This document shows positions 36,601 through 45,991 of a stretch of 64,000 bases of DNA, one piece after another (position 1 is the first letter of the stretch; each line of letters begins with the position of its first letter). The DNA is taken from assembly GCA_041649315.1 (NCBI GenBank), contig JBAZNJ010000003.1:38690-102689 (forward strand), read 5' to 3'. Below the pieces are notes generated by a model. That model did no database searches and was not told the origin of the DNA. It worked only from the letters and a program-made list of their open reading frames with translations. The stretch is from Patescibacteria group bacterium (GTDB lineage Bacteria; Patescibacteriota; Patescibacteriia; Patescibacteriales; UBA12465). The position numbers and the translations under genes were made by a program.

Positions 36601-39600
36601 TAGTGATTATTGTCCGTCCCAGTGCCTCGGGTATGATGTTTATGTGGCAAAAGCCGGATATTTTAATTTAGCTATGGCGGAAAATCTTATTCCGGAAAAT
36701 GCTGTTTCTTGTACGGCCGCGGCCGCCGGTTGTAGCGAGTTTACTAATTTAGACGCGGTTGCTCAAGGCGGGGAACAGAAGGAATATTATACTTCTCTTA
36801 AGCAGTGTATTAAACCGAACACGAGCGACTGCGCGACCTTTTATTCCTGGGAAGGGACGACGGCCGGCTATCAGCTTCGGAGTTATAATTTAAAGAAGAG
36901 CGGGACGACATTAATTGAACCGGCCGTAACTTCGCCTGAGCTCGGCGACAGCGGTCAGCCGCTTTGTAATGTTGCGATTTATAATTTGCCGGTGAATGAT
37001 CCGGAGTATAATCCGGATTGCCGGGAATTTTATAATTCCGCCGGCCAGGTTTCTTACCATTTAGCTTCAAAAACTATCACTTGTTCGGATAATTGTCATT
37101 CTTACCGTTTGAGCGAAAATAATGTTGATAAGAATATCAGAAGCGCGACGGTTTGTGCTAATCGGAGCGGCCATTGGGAGGCGGCGACCGCTTCTTGCTA
37201 TGTCTGCTTGAACGGCGGCGTTTGGGATTCCGGCCATAACGCCTGTATTTACCAGGCGATTCCAGGCGAGGGTCAGGCCTGTCGGGCGAGCGATAACGGT
37301 TGTCGCGAGTATAACGGTTCGCTTGGCAATAATGTTCGTTTGCTTTCTTATTATGACTTTGAAAGCGGTTTGGATGGCTGGTCGTCGGATTGCGACGGTT
37401 CAGTCGCAATCGCTAATGTTTCTAATGATCGCGACGGACATTCCTTAGTTTATTCTCCGACCACCTGTTTGGCCGAGATTAAGGTTTCCGGCCTGGTCCG
37501 TTCCGGCGCCGCTTATACCGTAAGATTTTTAGCCCGGGCCAGCTCCGTTAACGATGTAGATTTAAAGATTTATTTCTTGAATAAAGAAACTAACGCTCGC
37601 TCTTACTTTAATCTTAATGAAGAAGGGGTAGTAGTTAAAGGCGGCGGCGAATGGAATATTTATACGGCAAATTTAGATATGCTTGATCATTCGATCGGGG
37701 CCGATGAGGTGTTCGCGATTGATTCTTCCGAGCTTTTATATATTGATAATCTTACTTTATCGGAAATTACCGATCGTTATTATCTGATTAAGAATTCCAG
37801 TAATATACCCGATGTTTGCTATTATGATATTTTTGATAATTATCGCGGTGCCGATTATAATCTTGGCTGTACGCGTTATATTGATCGCGACGGCTTGGCC
37901 CATAATCTCCATAAATTCTCGTCCCTTTGTCCGGATTCGGCCGTCGGTTGCGAACAGCTGATTGCGACTCAAAATTATACTCCGGCCGGCCGCGGTATCT
38001 GGAATGATACGAATAATAATGGCGTTTGCGATTCCAGCGAAGGCGATTGTGTTTATGTTCCGGGTGATGCCGCGCTTTACGCCGTTTATGATCCGGCTAA
38101 GCAATGCAACGCTGCCGATTTTGGCTGTAGTCGTTTAGGCGAAGCCCAAGGCGGCGAGACGCTTACCGCTTGGTCGGATGTTTTCAAGCTTAATAATCCA
38201 AATCAATATAATCAGATTATTTGCGGTCTTGACGCGGTCGGTTGTGAAGAATGGCGGAATAATGATGATAGTAGTTTTAGTTATTTTAAGAATCCGGGTA
38301 GCGCGGTCTGCGTTTATCGTTCGGCTAAAGACGATCCGGAAGCGGTCGGTAAGGCCTGGTATAGGATTCCGGTTAAGCGTTGTGATGCGAACGGAAATAA
38401 GGAGATTGATGGGGCGGAAAAGGGAAGTAAGGCCTGTTTAAGTGATGCGGATTGCGGCACTGCGGCCTGCCTTATTGATAATAATGATTATCCTTGCGAG
38501 GTTTCTTATTATAAGACAATTGGCACCGGTGGGCTTGGTAATCGCGTTCCGACGCCGGTTAACGCGGTCGGGCTTTGCGATGCCGCTTCTTCCGGCTGTA
38601 GCGAATATATTGATCCCCTAACGCAGTTTGCCGCTAATTTGGTTATTAATTCTAGCTATATCGAGAATTCAAGCGGGAAGCATGACGGCTGGGCGACAAC
38701 GACCGATGATACCTGGAATGGCGCTGATTTAGCGGACAATCAACAGCTCATCGGCTTAGATCATAATAAGCTTTATAGCTTTACGGTGAGCGGTAGTACG
38801 GCCGGCGCGGTTACTTTAGATTTTTTAAGTGAAGTCCGGACTTTGCAGGCTGATAATAATTTTAGTAATCCAGTTAATCGTTTGACTTTTTCCGGTTCGA
38901 ATATCCAGGCAATAATCTTTAATTCTCTTAATAATTTCCAGGCGCTCATAACCGGCGGAACCTCAACTAAAGATATCAAAGTAAAAGAATTGGCCATCGG
39001 TTATCAGAAGCAGTCTGAGATTGATAAGACCACTTGTAACGGCGTAGTTAATTTTGATAACGGCTGCATTCTCTTTAATGAACGGAGCATCAGTGCCGGC
39101 GGGAATTTAAGTTCTTTGAGTTCGGGTTGGGACGCTTATGCGACAAGTGGCCGGGCGCCGCAGCTATGTTCAAGCCGGACCGGTTCCTGCAATTCCAACG
39201 CTTTAATTAAAGTCCGGCCGGATCGGGTTTGTTCAAAATGGCTTGATTGCGTCACTTATGGCTTAGATAATGATGGCGAGCGGGTCTGTTACGCGCTCGG
39301 CGAATGTAATCGCCTTGATGATAAGAATGAATGCGCAAATTATGTTAACGCTTCCGCCGTGCCGCAGATCCATGCTTTTAGCAAAGAAGACGATAAGAAC
39401 GCGACCGGCTATACTTTACTTGGCAAGTATTATTTAGGCGGCATGAAAGAAGTCGGTATTGATACTGAGGCCCATTTTGATTTTGAGAGCCGCGGAATAA
39501 GCCTGGGTTGCAACGAGAACTATAATGGTAATGGTGCCGCTTGCGCTTTTGAATCAAGTTTAAGTTCCGAGCTTTTGGTCTTGGAGCCGGAAGGAGCCCC

Positions 39601-41896
39601 GACTGATTATCCGGCGCATGGCCGCGGCTACCTTAAGGTTCCGGGCCAGTATAATATCTTTACGATGCCAATCGGTTCGTCAGTCGTGGTTTACGGCGGC
39701 CAGGATTATTATATAAATTATCTCGTCAATACCAGGAATTCCGGCACGGCCGCCCGTTTGCGGGTTATTAATGCCGAAAGTGGCGTGGTCTTGGCGACCT
39801 TTACCGATATCGCTGATTCCGGCTGGGAACGCAAAATTCATAAGTTCCGGATCAGTACTACCGGCGAGCATAAGATCAATATCGTTTTGACCTCGTCATC
39901 TGACGAAGAACGCTATATCTATTTTGATGATATAAATATTGAGCCGGTGCTTAAGGTCGGCGACTATAAAACGGCGGACGGCAAGGATGACGAAGCGAAA
40001 AATTACGTGGTTCGCGACTGCCGTTTGTATCCGGAAGTCGGAAGTTTAAGTTGCGAGTCATATAATGATAATGTTGTGAGGAGCGGTTTATACGGCTATT
40101 GTCTGCAATATGATGCCTATAACCCTGGCGTCTGCGCTCTCTGGCATCCGATTGACGAAATCGGTTCATCCGCTTCGTCCGCCAAAAATTCCCTTGGCTA
40201 TAAAGGAAAGTTCCCATTATATTATTGCACAGAGGCCGACGGAAATTTTGAGCTGGTGAAGAAGATTGTTGGGTTCCGTATTAGCACAGGAGAAGTTGAT
40301 CCCATTAGCGCATTACATTGTTATGGTAACGGGCCGCATCCTGAATTGTGCGGGACGAGTGATGAGATATATTATGCTGATGGTTGTGGTGAATCTTCGG
40401 CCGGCAAAGAGCAGGCTAGAGCTGCTTGTCGGCTTTGCAATCCCGATGGTTACGAAGTAAGTAATCCTGATTATATCCCGGTTCTTAGAATGAATTCTGA
40501 TAGTAAATGGTATCATCTTGATCAGCTGTGGTGTATCCCTAATCAAGATAAATTATTAATTGAAACAAAAAAGAGGAGCTTAGTAGACCTTGGTTGGGAG
40601 TCCAGTTGGTCACAGGGGTGGGACCCTTCGTATTATGAAGGATGGGTTCCTTATGATGGAAATTTAAATGAATTTAAATGTTACAATGTTAACGATGATA
40701 ATGGATGTGCTGTATTTGACGGTCCGGAAGTAAACACAGTCACAGAAATTTATCAAAAAGATCAGATAGTATCAAGGGAGGCGGCTAATTATACACCCCC
40801 GGTTACTATTCGTTCGGGTGGCGTAAATAATGAGGAAGATTTGAAATTAATTTCTGGTTCTGATGACGAAGTTTTCCGTATCCGCTGTAACCGTTTCACT
40901 CAACTCGTTGACGCCGCCGGTAATAATAAGGCCTGGGTCGGCCGGGCCGGAATAGGAACCAGCGCCAATACTACGCCGACCTTCTTTGATTACGGTGAAG
41001 AAACTAAGACCGAGTCGTATTCCTCGGATATTATTAAATACGGCCGCAGCCGCGAGGATATTCCTTTCGGTGCCGCTGTTATCCCGGACGGCGTGGATAT
41101 CGCCGATATTAATGAGCCGATTTATCTGCGTAACCAATATTCCGCCAAGAACCAGGAAGAAATCTTGGCTGGCCGGCCTTACGGCTGTTCGGCATATAGC
41201 AGTGGGAAAGCTCATCTGGGTTGTGACAACATCGGCCAATGCAGTGGCGATCCGAATGTTTTCTGTATTTATTCAAGCGATTCAAACTCGGATTATGATA
41301 TCAATGCCAAGAGCTGTGTCAGCGGCGGTTATGGAACTTGTCAGAAATTATGGCAGACGCCTTTGGTTACCTTGTCAGCAATAGACAGTGATAATTATAA
41401 TATCTTAAAAACTTTGTTCTATAAACAGTATTCTCATTATGAAGCGGATAATGAGGGTTACAAGGAATCGGTTAGTAGTAAATATACTTGGAGTAGCAAC
41501 AGGCCGAGAATTTGCGGCGACAGTAGCGGCACTTCCCGGACTCCGTCCGACGCCTGGTGCGGGGTTTTTCCGAAAGTCGCTAATTTGTCCCTGCGTTCCG
41601 GCAGTCGGGCCTTAACGGCTATGAAAGGCACGATTCCGGAATCCGGACTCTACGCCCTGTCGTTTACGAGCACGGTTGATAAGGAGCAGGAGCCGCTCCG
41701 GCAGATTGTCATCGCCTGGAATGACGACAGCATCCAGGCTATTACCGGCCAGGACAGCCGGCCGCAGGCCAGCCAGCCCCATACTTTCTATCATTATTTT
41801 TCCAAAGGCGACGCTTATAATATTCAGGTTAAGGTTTTTGACAACTGGGATTATTTCGGCTGTAGCAAATCCGGCGCGCCGCTTCAATGTCCGTAA
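33698..41896 (+). CDS. Giant (2732 aa) exported cysteine-rich surface protein with CBM/jelly-roll-like modules and a PKD-like C-terminus
   Basis: One uninterrupted 8.2-kb ORF with a signal peptide (…LKPVRA/QIP). I counted ~98 Cys by hand. An x-G-C-x-E/Q-Y/F motif recurs ~11 times (DEGCTEFL, AAGCSEFT, DNGCREYN, SSGCSEYI ...). Four segments have CBM4/9-like signatures (e.g. YYDFESGLDGWSS...AAYTVRFLARAS). The C-terminus is IVIAWNDDS...HTFYHYFSKGDAYNIQVKVFDNWDYFG. Confidence 0.8.
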   Translation: MKKFFSKNKPKKNNDKKVLIGFLLAFFILFSAIAPLKPVRAQIPLPVIETASLPVTVQTVKQSIWQVAAKVLKKAGSIAFQRTLSTALNKIAYDAATYIGSGGPGQKPLYVKEELGDYLTKIGDEAAGTFIESFVNNLNREGTDDCNASLNSCQENCNREYEDSQGDIGAAMERQETCLDACEAQSTSCASKNTSYYAKGGSAITTNVCRPSSIEAKMKIALGLTQYTRPQGPNCTASQMIANWENDITKKIEDLRDPNFINNIPGFLDPVSNDLGIYLIARTDLMNKAIIDTETSKAGFIAKQGWLDVRNIAGDQEGAPNQAERELEQAENLQNAQLGKVTGDILVDAANVFLNQLAITAFSDITKNISNALSSRGNIHWDNEDSAVSGSILGDTSDPNVMYGVGNVTEITSKLIEPQFDSQTNYNILSDLSVCPDKDNPGPNNCVIDSKFMQAISEKKTVAEALEGGFLNSDWQVTIDAKKDSYISSYSLRNISVLRKYRILPVGWETAANKASELGVKATLIDLLSCFDPNDEYREYSAEFNQRDQDWCRGLIDPNWVLKAPANYCGKEGIGAQILSKTVIPGADSGAYSTLSEVNLVRAEDYCADEQTCIKEKSDGSCEAYGYCNEERRVWNFGTDSCEPVYNTCQSFTNTANGSTAAYLKNTLDYAACDPDSSGCRQYSLSGAYSVSTGTISWNYSPTLYLNKNLKTCSAKDEGCTEFLRVKPTWGANLIMNSDLNAYDIDSNPPESDGWYISHSTDPLLVIDATVEPGGATGRVLKIMTEGPGGLLSNSAHSLLPANFQLLPGQSYTLSADVYLLEGDSLTLFAGSSATEGFSATMAEKNAWRHLSVTRSAGAGYNEGNFGLYVNSDEKAFNKFYVKNLKFEAGDWETAYRPYGTFKVYEKLLPPYLENVCYQDISSATKDYNLKSDAPAVCSNYARKCNKEEVGCETYSTDGFSVSAQVENSDYCPSQCLGYDVYVAKAGYFNLAMAENLIPENAVSCTAAAAGCSEFTNLDAVAQGGEQKEYYTSLKQCIKPNTSDCATFYSWEGTTAGYQLRSYNLKKSGTTLIEPAVTSPELGDSGQPLCNVAIYNLPVNDPEYNPDCREFYNSAGQVSYHLASKTITCSDNCHSYRLSENNVDKNIRSATVCANRSGHWEAATASCYVCLNGGVWDSGHNACIYQAIPGEGQACRASDNGCREYNGSLGNNVRLLSYYDFESGLDGWSSDCDGSVAIANVSNDRDGHSLVYSPTTCLAEIKVSGLVRSGAAYTVRFLARASSVNDVDLKIYFLNKETNARSYFNLNEEGVVVKGGGEWNIYTANLDMLDHSIGADEVFAIDSSELLYIDNLTLSEITDRYYLIKNSSNIPDVCYYDIFDNYRGADYNLGCTRYIDRDGLAHNLHKFSSLCPDSAVGCEQLIATQNYTPAGRGIWNDTNNNGVCDSSEGDCVYVPGDAALYAVYDPAKQCNAADFGCSRLGEAQGGETLTAWSDVFKLNNPNQYNQIICGLDAVGCEEWRNNDDSSFSYFKNPGSAVCVYRSAKDDPEAVGKAWYRIPVKRCDANGNKEIDGAEKGSKACLSDADCGTAACLIDNNDYPCEVSYYKTIGTGGLGNRVPTPVNAVGLCDAASSGCSEYIDPLTQFAANLVINSSYIENSSGKHDGWATTTDDTWNGADLADNQQLIGLDHNKLYSFTVSGSTAGAVTLDFLSEVRTLQADNNFSNPVNRLTFSGSNIQAIIFNSLNNFQALITGGTSTKDIKVKELAIGYQKQSEIDKTTCNGVVNFDNGCILFNERSISAGGNLSSLSSGWDAYATSGRAPQLCSSRTGSCNSNALIKVRPDRVCSKWLDCVTYGLDNDGERVCYALGECNRLDDKNECANYVNASAVPQIHAFSKEDDKNATGYTLLGKYYLGGMKEVGIDTEAHFDFESRGISLGCNENYNGNGAACAFESSLSSELLVLEPEGAPTDYPAHGRGYLKVPGQYNIFTMPIGSSVVVYGGQDYYINYLVNTRNSGTAARLRVINAESGVVLATFTDIADSGWERKIHKFRISTTGEHKINIVLTSSSDEERYIYFDDINIEPVLKVGDYKTADGKDDEAKNYVVRDCRLYPEVGSLSCESYNDNVVRSGLYGYCLQYDAYNPGVCALWHPIDEIGSSASSAKNSLGYKGKFPLYYCTEADGNFELVKKIVGFRISTGEVDPISALHCYGNGPHPELCGTSDEIYYADGCGESSAGKEQARAACRLCNPDGYEVSNPDYIPVLRMNSDSKWYHLDQLWCIPNQDKLLIETKKRSLVDLGWESSWSQGWDPSYYEGWVPYDGNLNEFKCYNVNDDNGCAVFDGPEVNTVTEIYQKDQIVSREAANYTPPVTIRSGGVNNEEDLKLISGSDDEVFRIRCNRFTQLVDAAGNNKAWVGRAGIGTSANTTPTFFDYGEETKTESYSSDIIKYGRSREDIPFGAAVIPDGVDIADINEPIYLRNQYSAKNQEEILAGRPYGCSAYSSGKAHLGCDNIGQCSGDPNVFCIYSSDSNSDYDINAKSCVSGGYGTCQKLWQTPLVTLSAIDSDNYNILKTLFYKQYSHYEADNEGYKESVSSKYTWSSNRPRICGDSSGTSRTPSDAWCGVFPKVANLSLRSGSRALTAMKGTIPESGLYALSFTSTVDKEQEPLRQIVIAWNDDSIQAITGQDSRPQASQPHTFYHYFSKGDAYNIQVKVFDNWDYFGCSKSGAPLQCP

Positions 41897-41910
41897 TAAG
41901 AATTTTTAAT

Positions 41911-41948
41911 AAAAAAAGAGCCGTTTGTTAAGCAAACGGCTTTTTTGG
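41911..41948. terminator. Bidirectional intrinsic terminator between the giant gene (+) and the lipoprotein gene (-)
   Basis: An A-run (41911-41917), stem GCCGTTTG (41920-41927), loop TTAAG, stem CAAACGGC (41933-41940), and a T-run (41941-41946). Confidence 0.75.
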
Positions 41949-41957
41949 TAGTTTTTT

Positions 41958-42374
41958 CTATTCTAGATAAAAATCTAAAGTACAATCTTTTTCTAGAACG
42001 ATTGTTTTTTTATCGCTATCGATAATGTAAAATTCTTCAGGAGTATCAAAGGCGGCACCGGCATGAACCAAGATTTCCTTGCCATAGTATTTTTCTAGAT
42101 TTTCCCCTTCTATGACAAGCTTTAGAGTTTTACTTTTGCTTTCTCCAATAAGAACGAGAGGTTCTTCTGTTGCCAGATCTTTTACAATCCCATCGCTAAA
42201 TATAAACACATAATCATCCGGCAAAATAATATTTGCCGTGATAGTTATGCTTTTCGGAAGCGTTTCTTCCGGAGTTTCAGCTGGGTCCGGATCCGGTTTT
42301 ATAGGATCCTTTTCGCACGATGCGGCTATGGCTACCATAGCGACAAGCATCAAAAAATACATTAATTTTTTCAT
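41958..42374 (-). CDS. Small lipoprotein, unknown function
   Basis: The signal peptide has a lipobox (LMLVAMVAIAAS/C). The protein is 138 aa and AT-rich. A consensus promoter lies upstream. Confidence 0.6.
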   Translation of the reverse strand: MKKLMYFLMLVAMVAIAASCEKDPIKPDPDPAETPEETLPKSITITANIILPDDYVFIFSDGIVKDLATEEPLVLIGESKSKTLKLVIEGENLEKYYGKEILVHAGAAFDTPEEFYIIDSDKKTIVLEKDCTLDFYLE

Positions 42375-42427
42375 GATATATAAATTTTAGTTTTAAATGA
42401 ACAAATTTAGAAATTTTTACTAAATAT

Positions 42428-42456
42428 ATTATATCATATATTATGATATTTGTCAA
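42428..42456 (-). promoter_or_regulatory. Consensus sigma-70 promoter for the lipoprotein gene
   Basis: Read on the minus strand: TTGACA (plus 42451-42456), 17 nt, TATAAT (plus 42428-42433). A second TTGACA copy lies 22 nt upstream; on the plus strand the repeats are TTTGTCAATAG at 42449-42459 and 42471-42481. Confidence 0.6.
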
Positions 42457-42601
42457 TAGATTTTAATGATTTTGTCAATAGTTTCATTTTTCTTTAATTT
42501 TAGCTAAATTCATTTATCGTGTTTTTGTTGTCTCCTTATCTATTTTTCCTATTAAAAATTTTTTAAATAGTGTATAATTTAGTTATAATTAATAAATCCT
42601 G

Positions 42602-43324
42602 ATGAATAGTATGAATCTTGATGAACAGCTGCTGAACGCCCCGGCGGCCGCCAGGGAAAAAGCGGAACAGGAGAAAGGAATCGGCCGGGGCGGCGCTGTG
42701 GGCGGACAAAGCCGGAACGCGAGCGCGGAACGCGCCGGCGCTTTGCGGCGGGCTCAAAAGTCGGAGAACCCGGCGGCGAAGAATCGGGCGGCTGATAGTG
42801 CCGGCCAAGGAGAGGCCCAACCGAAATCTTTACGGGAAGCAGTTTTACAAAATAAAAAAAAGCGGGAAGCCGCGGCGGCTAAAGAGGGCTTGAAAGAAAA
42901 AGCGACAAGCGCGGCTGTGTCGCCGATGCGCAAGGGCGTATCGCGGGCGCTTCGTTCGGCCTGGCTGAATTTGATTAGCAGTTTCGGCTTAACCTTAATT
43001 TGGATCAATATCCATGTTATCTTAGGAATGATTTTCGGGAATAAAGTTTTTTGTAAATTAGGCGAAGAATGGGGCGAGGCCTCGCCGACGCGCTTAGCGG
43101 CGGTAGCCGGCGCTAGTAAAAGTCAAAAGAAGTCCGCTAAATTCGTAGAAGCGGTAGAGCCCATGGGAGTCGGATATCTTGATCTCGGTTGTCTGGTCTT
43201 GATTATCGCCGTGGCTGTTCTTGTTCGGATTATCGTCGGCGCGATGACTTTAGAATGGGAAACTTTGAAAGTGATGTTCAGCGCCGTTTGGGATATGTTT
43301 AAATCTTTTGTGCCAGGAGCTTAG
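42602..43324 (+). CDS. Membrane protein with GC-rich Arg/Ala/Gly-rich disordered N-terminus and two TM helices
   Basis: 240-aa ORF. The N-terminal ~110 aa are low-complexity (AAAREKAEQEKGIGRGGAVGGQSRNASAERAGALRRAQ...). The TM helices are LISSFGLTLIWINIHVILGMIF and LGCLVLIIAVAVLVRIIVGAM. The start could be the ATG at 42611. Confidence 0.5.
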   Translation: MNSMNLDEQLLNAPAAAREKAEQEKGIGRGGAVGGQSRNASAERAGALRRAQKSENPAAKNRAADSAGQGEAQPKSLREAVLQNKKKREAAAAKEGLKEKATSAAVSPMRKGVSRALRSAWLNLISSFGLTLIWINIHVILGMIFGNKVFCKLGEEWGEASPTRLAAVAGASKSQKKSAKFVEAVEPMGVGYLDLGCLVLIIAVAVLVRIIVGAMTLEWETLKVMFSAVWDMFKSFVPGA

Positions 43325-43375
43325 ATTTATTATTGTTTGGATTTTGGAGCATTGTGAGGTTTATAATTTTTTAAA

Positions 43376-45985
43376 ATGTTTTTCAAGAAAATAAAAAAAT
43401 ATAAATGGATTGCTTCTCTGGTTTTGTTAACCGGCGTATTTTTTTTAGCCCCTCTTATTTGTTTTGCCTCTACTTCTTTTAGTGATGCCATGGGTAATTT
43501 TGTCGGCGGTATAATTGCGTTATTTATCCAGATTTTAGGAGTACTTTTAACTTTAATAGTTAAAGGTTTGGTTTTGATCGCCCGTTATCAGCATTTTATT
43601 GACGCGCCGGCCGTGGAAGTAGGTTGGGTAATGGTTCGGGACCTCTGCAATATGTTTTTTGTTGTGGTTTTGTTAATTATTGCTTTTGGAACGATTTTAC
43701 ATTTAGAAAATTATAATTATAAAAAATGGCTGCCGAAGTTGGTGTTAATGGCGGTGTTGATTAATTTTTCTAAGACGATTTGCGGCGTTTTAATTGATAT
43801 TGCTCAGGTCGTGATGCTTACCTTTGTTAATTCTTTCAAGGATATTGCCGGGGCGAATTTGATTGATATCTTAGGGATTACCGATATTGTAACTATGGCT
43901 GAAAATACATCTGACGCCGGTTTTGGGACGATTGTCGGCGCTTATTTCTTAGGTTTAATTTACATGATCGTGGCGATAATCGTTATTGCCACGATGTTAG
44001 CGATGCTGGCGATGCGCTTGGTAACGATTTGGCTTTATGTTGTCTTGTCGCCGCTTGCTTATCTTTTGTCCGCTTTTCCGGGCGGTCAATCCTGGGCTTC
44101 GCGCTGGTGGAGCGATTTTACTAAAGCGCTCATTATCGGTCCGGTAATCGCTTTCTTCCTTTGGTTGTCTTTGGCCGCTTTACAGACCGGTAATCCAACG
44201 GTTGATGTCCAGTTAGCGGCGAGTACGGAAGGAGAATATTCCGCCACGTCAACGGTCGCCGTTTCTAAGGCCTCGTCGCCCGGCGCCTTGATTAAATTCG
44301 TAGTCGCAATCGGCATGCTTATTGGTGGCTTGAAGATTTCTCAGGAAATCGGCGGCGAAGCCGGCGCAATGGCTGGAAAAGGAATGGCAGCGATTGGGAA
44401 GGCGAAGAATTGGGGGATGAGTGGAGTAAAGAGTATTGCCAAACAACCATTCTCTTGGAGCGCCGATAGGTTACACGAGAAAACAGGTGTCGATTTAAAT
44501 CTCAAAAGAGCTTGGAAAGAAACCCAAGCGCAAAGAGCTGAAAACAGGGAAAAACGTTATGGGCGCGGGGTTCTATCCGCCAGAGAGGCGATGGAAAAAG
44601 GGGGTCGTATACATGGGATATTGGCTATGACTGGCAGTCCTCGTGACGCTTGGGACCAGATTACTTCATGGAAAGGCATTAAGAAACGAATAAAAGGCGG
44701 GAAAAGAATGAAAATGCTAAAAACAGAAGGAATTGATGAAGAAAAGCGCGCTAAAAATGAAAAAGCCAGGTATGATTTTGAGGAAAAATGGGCAAATACT
44801 GATCCTAACAGTAAAGACGCTAATGGAGTTAATGAAAGGACTAAAATGGTTCAAGATATTAAAAACGAAAGAGATAGTATTGCTCAAGGAATTAAGACCA
44901 GCCGGAATCGAATAACCAGTATAGATAAAGAATTGGAAGAAGAAAAAAAGAAAGATCCTCGGGTTCAAGATAAGACAAAAATTAATAGTCTTGAAAATGA
45001 GCGCTCGCAAAACGAAGGTAGAATTAGTGATCTTAAGAAAAAAGGAGAAGAACTTAAGCCTATTCAGCAATTTATTAAAGGGGTCCAGGATAGAGGAGAA
45101 GAGCGTAAAGTGTATTCTAATAAGGATAAGGAAGATATTAGAGCTAATAAAAATAGAGTGGCCGGTGATGCCACTAAGGCTAGAGAAAAAATTGAAAGAA
45201 ATATTCCCGATTACGCTTTCGAGGCCCGGGCAACTGAACAAAAATTAGTTTCTCAAGAAGCGTCAAAGATTAATGATATTACCGACGCGACTGAATTAGG
45301 GAGGATTTTAAAAGATGCGATTAAAGGGCATGATACCACCATGGTTAAAGCGATTACTTTAAAAATGACTAAAGATGGAAATGATAATGAATTTTTACAA
45401 CCTTTAGCTGGGCGCACCGATCATGTTGGTTTGAAAGATTTAATGAAACAATTTGCTGATAAGAAATCAGATAATTATGCCGGGTTTAGCGAGCAAGAAG
45501 CTTTTTCTCTCGGTAGTCAAATTGCCGAAATAAATAAGGCCACCAATCATTGGGCGGCGACTGCGGCTTATGTAATGGAAGATGGTCAGTGGCGAGAAAC
45601 AACTAATTTAGAACATAATGAAATAATGACCACGGAGAGCGGTAAGCGGCAGCAGGAACAATGTATACGCAACGATAATCGGCTTGCTTACGGTTATCAT
45701 GATGTCGGCGGTGAGTTCCATATCAATGCTGGCGGGGTTTTGAAATTACAGAGCATGGATAATGCCCATGGTCATGGCAGAATGAATACGATGAATGAAA
45801 GTGCCGCTAAATATTGTTATGAGGCTATTATGAAAAATGATAAATTAAAAGCCGAATTTAGCAAGATAAATAAAGATAGTGGCAAATCTTTAATAGACGT
45901 CTTAGAGACTCGCCTTGGAGGTCTAAAGGATAATAGTGATATAAGTTCTAGGTATGAACGAGTTGTTAATGATTTAGGCGTTTAA
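43376..45985 (+). CDS. Polytopic membrane protein (VirB6/TrbL-like topology) with long Lys/Glu-rich coiled-coil and a globular C-terminal domain
   Basis: 869 aa. A signal-like N-terminus is followed by ~7 TM helices, including the block VGWVMVRDLCNMFFVVVLLIIAFGTILH...LMAVLINFSKTICGVLIDIAQVVMLTF. A charged region of ~250 aa comes next. The functional assignment is tentative. Confidence 0.4.
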   Translation: MFFKKIKKYKWIASLVLLTGVFFLAPLICFASTSFSDAMGNFVGGIIALFIQILGVLLTLIVKGLVLIARYQHFIDAPAVEVGWVMVRDLCNMFFVVVLLIIAFGTILHLENYNYKKWLPKLVLMAVLINFSKTICGVLIDIAQVVMLTFVNSFKDIAGANLIDILGITDIVTMAENTSDAGFGTIVGAYFLGLIYMIVAIIVIATMLAMLAMRLVTIWLYVVLSPLAYLLSAFPGGQSWASRWWSDFTKALIIGPVIAFFLWLSLAALQTGNPTVDVQLAASTEGEYSATSTVAVSKASSPGALIKFVVAIGMLIGGLKISQEIGGEAGAMAGKGMAAIGKAKNWGMSGVKSIAKQPFSWSADRLHEKTGVDLNLKRAWKETQAQRAENREKRYGRGVLSAREAMEKGGRIHGILAMTGSPRDAWDQITSWKGIKKRIKGGKRMKMLKTEGIDEEKRAKNEKARYDFEEKWANTDPNSKDANGVNERTKMVQDIKNERDSIAQGIKTSRNRITSIDKELEEEKKKDPRVQDKTKINSLENERSQNEGRISDLKKKGEELKPIQQFIKGVQDRGEERKVYSNKDKEDIRANKNRVAGDATKAREKIERNIPDYAFEARATEQKLVSQEASKINDITDATELGRILKDAIKGHDTTMVKAITLKMTKDGNDNEFLQPLAGRTDHVGLKDLMKQFADKKSDNYAGFSEQEAFSLGSQIAEINKATNHWAATAAYVMEDGQWRETTNLEHNEIMTTESGKRQQEQCIRNDNRLAYGYHDVGGEFHINAGGVLKLQSMDNAHGHGRMNTMNESAAKYCYEAIMKNDKLKAEFSKINKDSGKSLIDVLETRLGGLKDNSDISSRYERVVNDLGV

Positions 45986-45991
45986 ATAAAT

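Noticed and set aside
42563-43008. Two minus-strand ORFs (42563-42820, 42754-43008) opposite the 240-aa gene
   Set aside because: They are produced by the local GC-rich block, which has few stop codons in any frame. The plus-strand ORF continues into convincing TM helices and has promoter signals; the antisense ORFs have neither.
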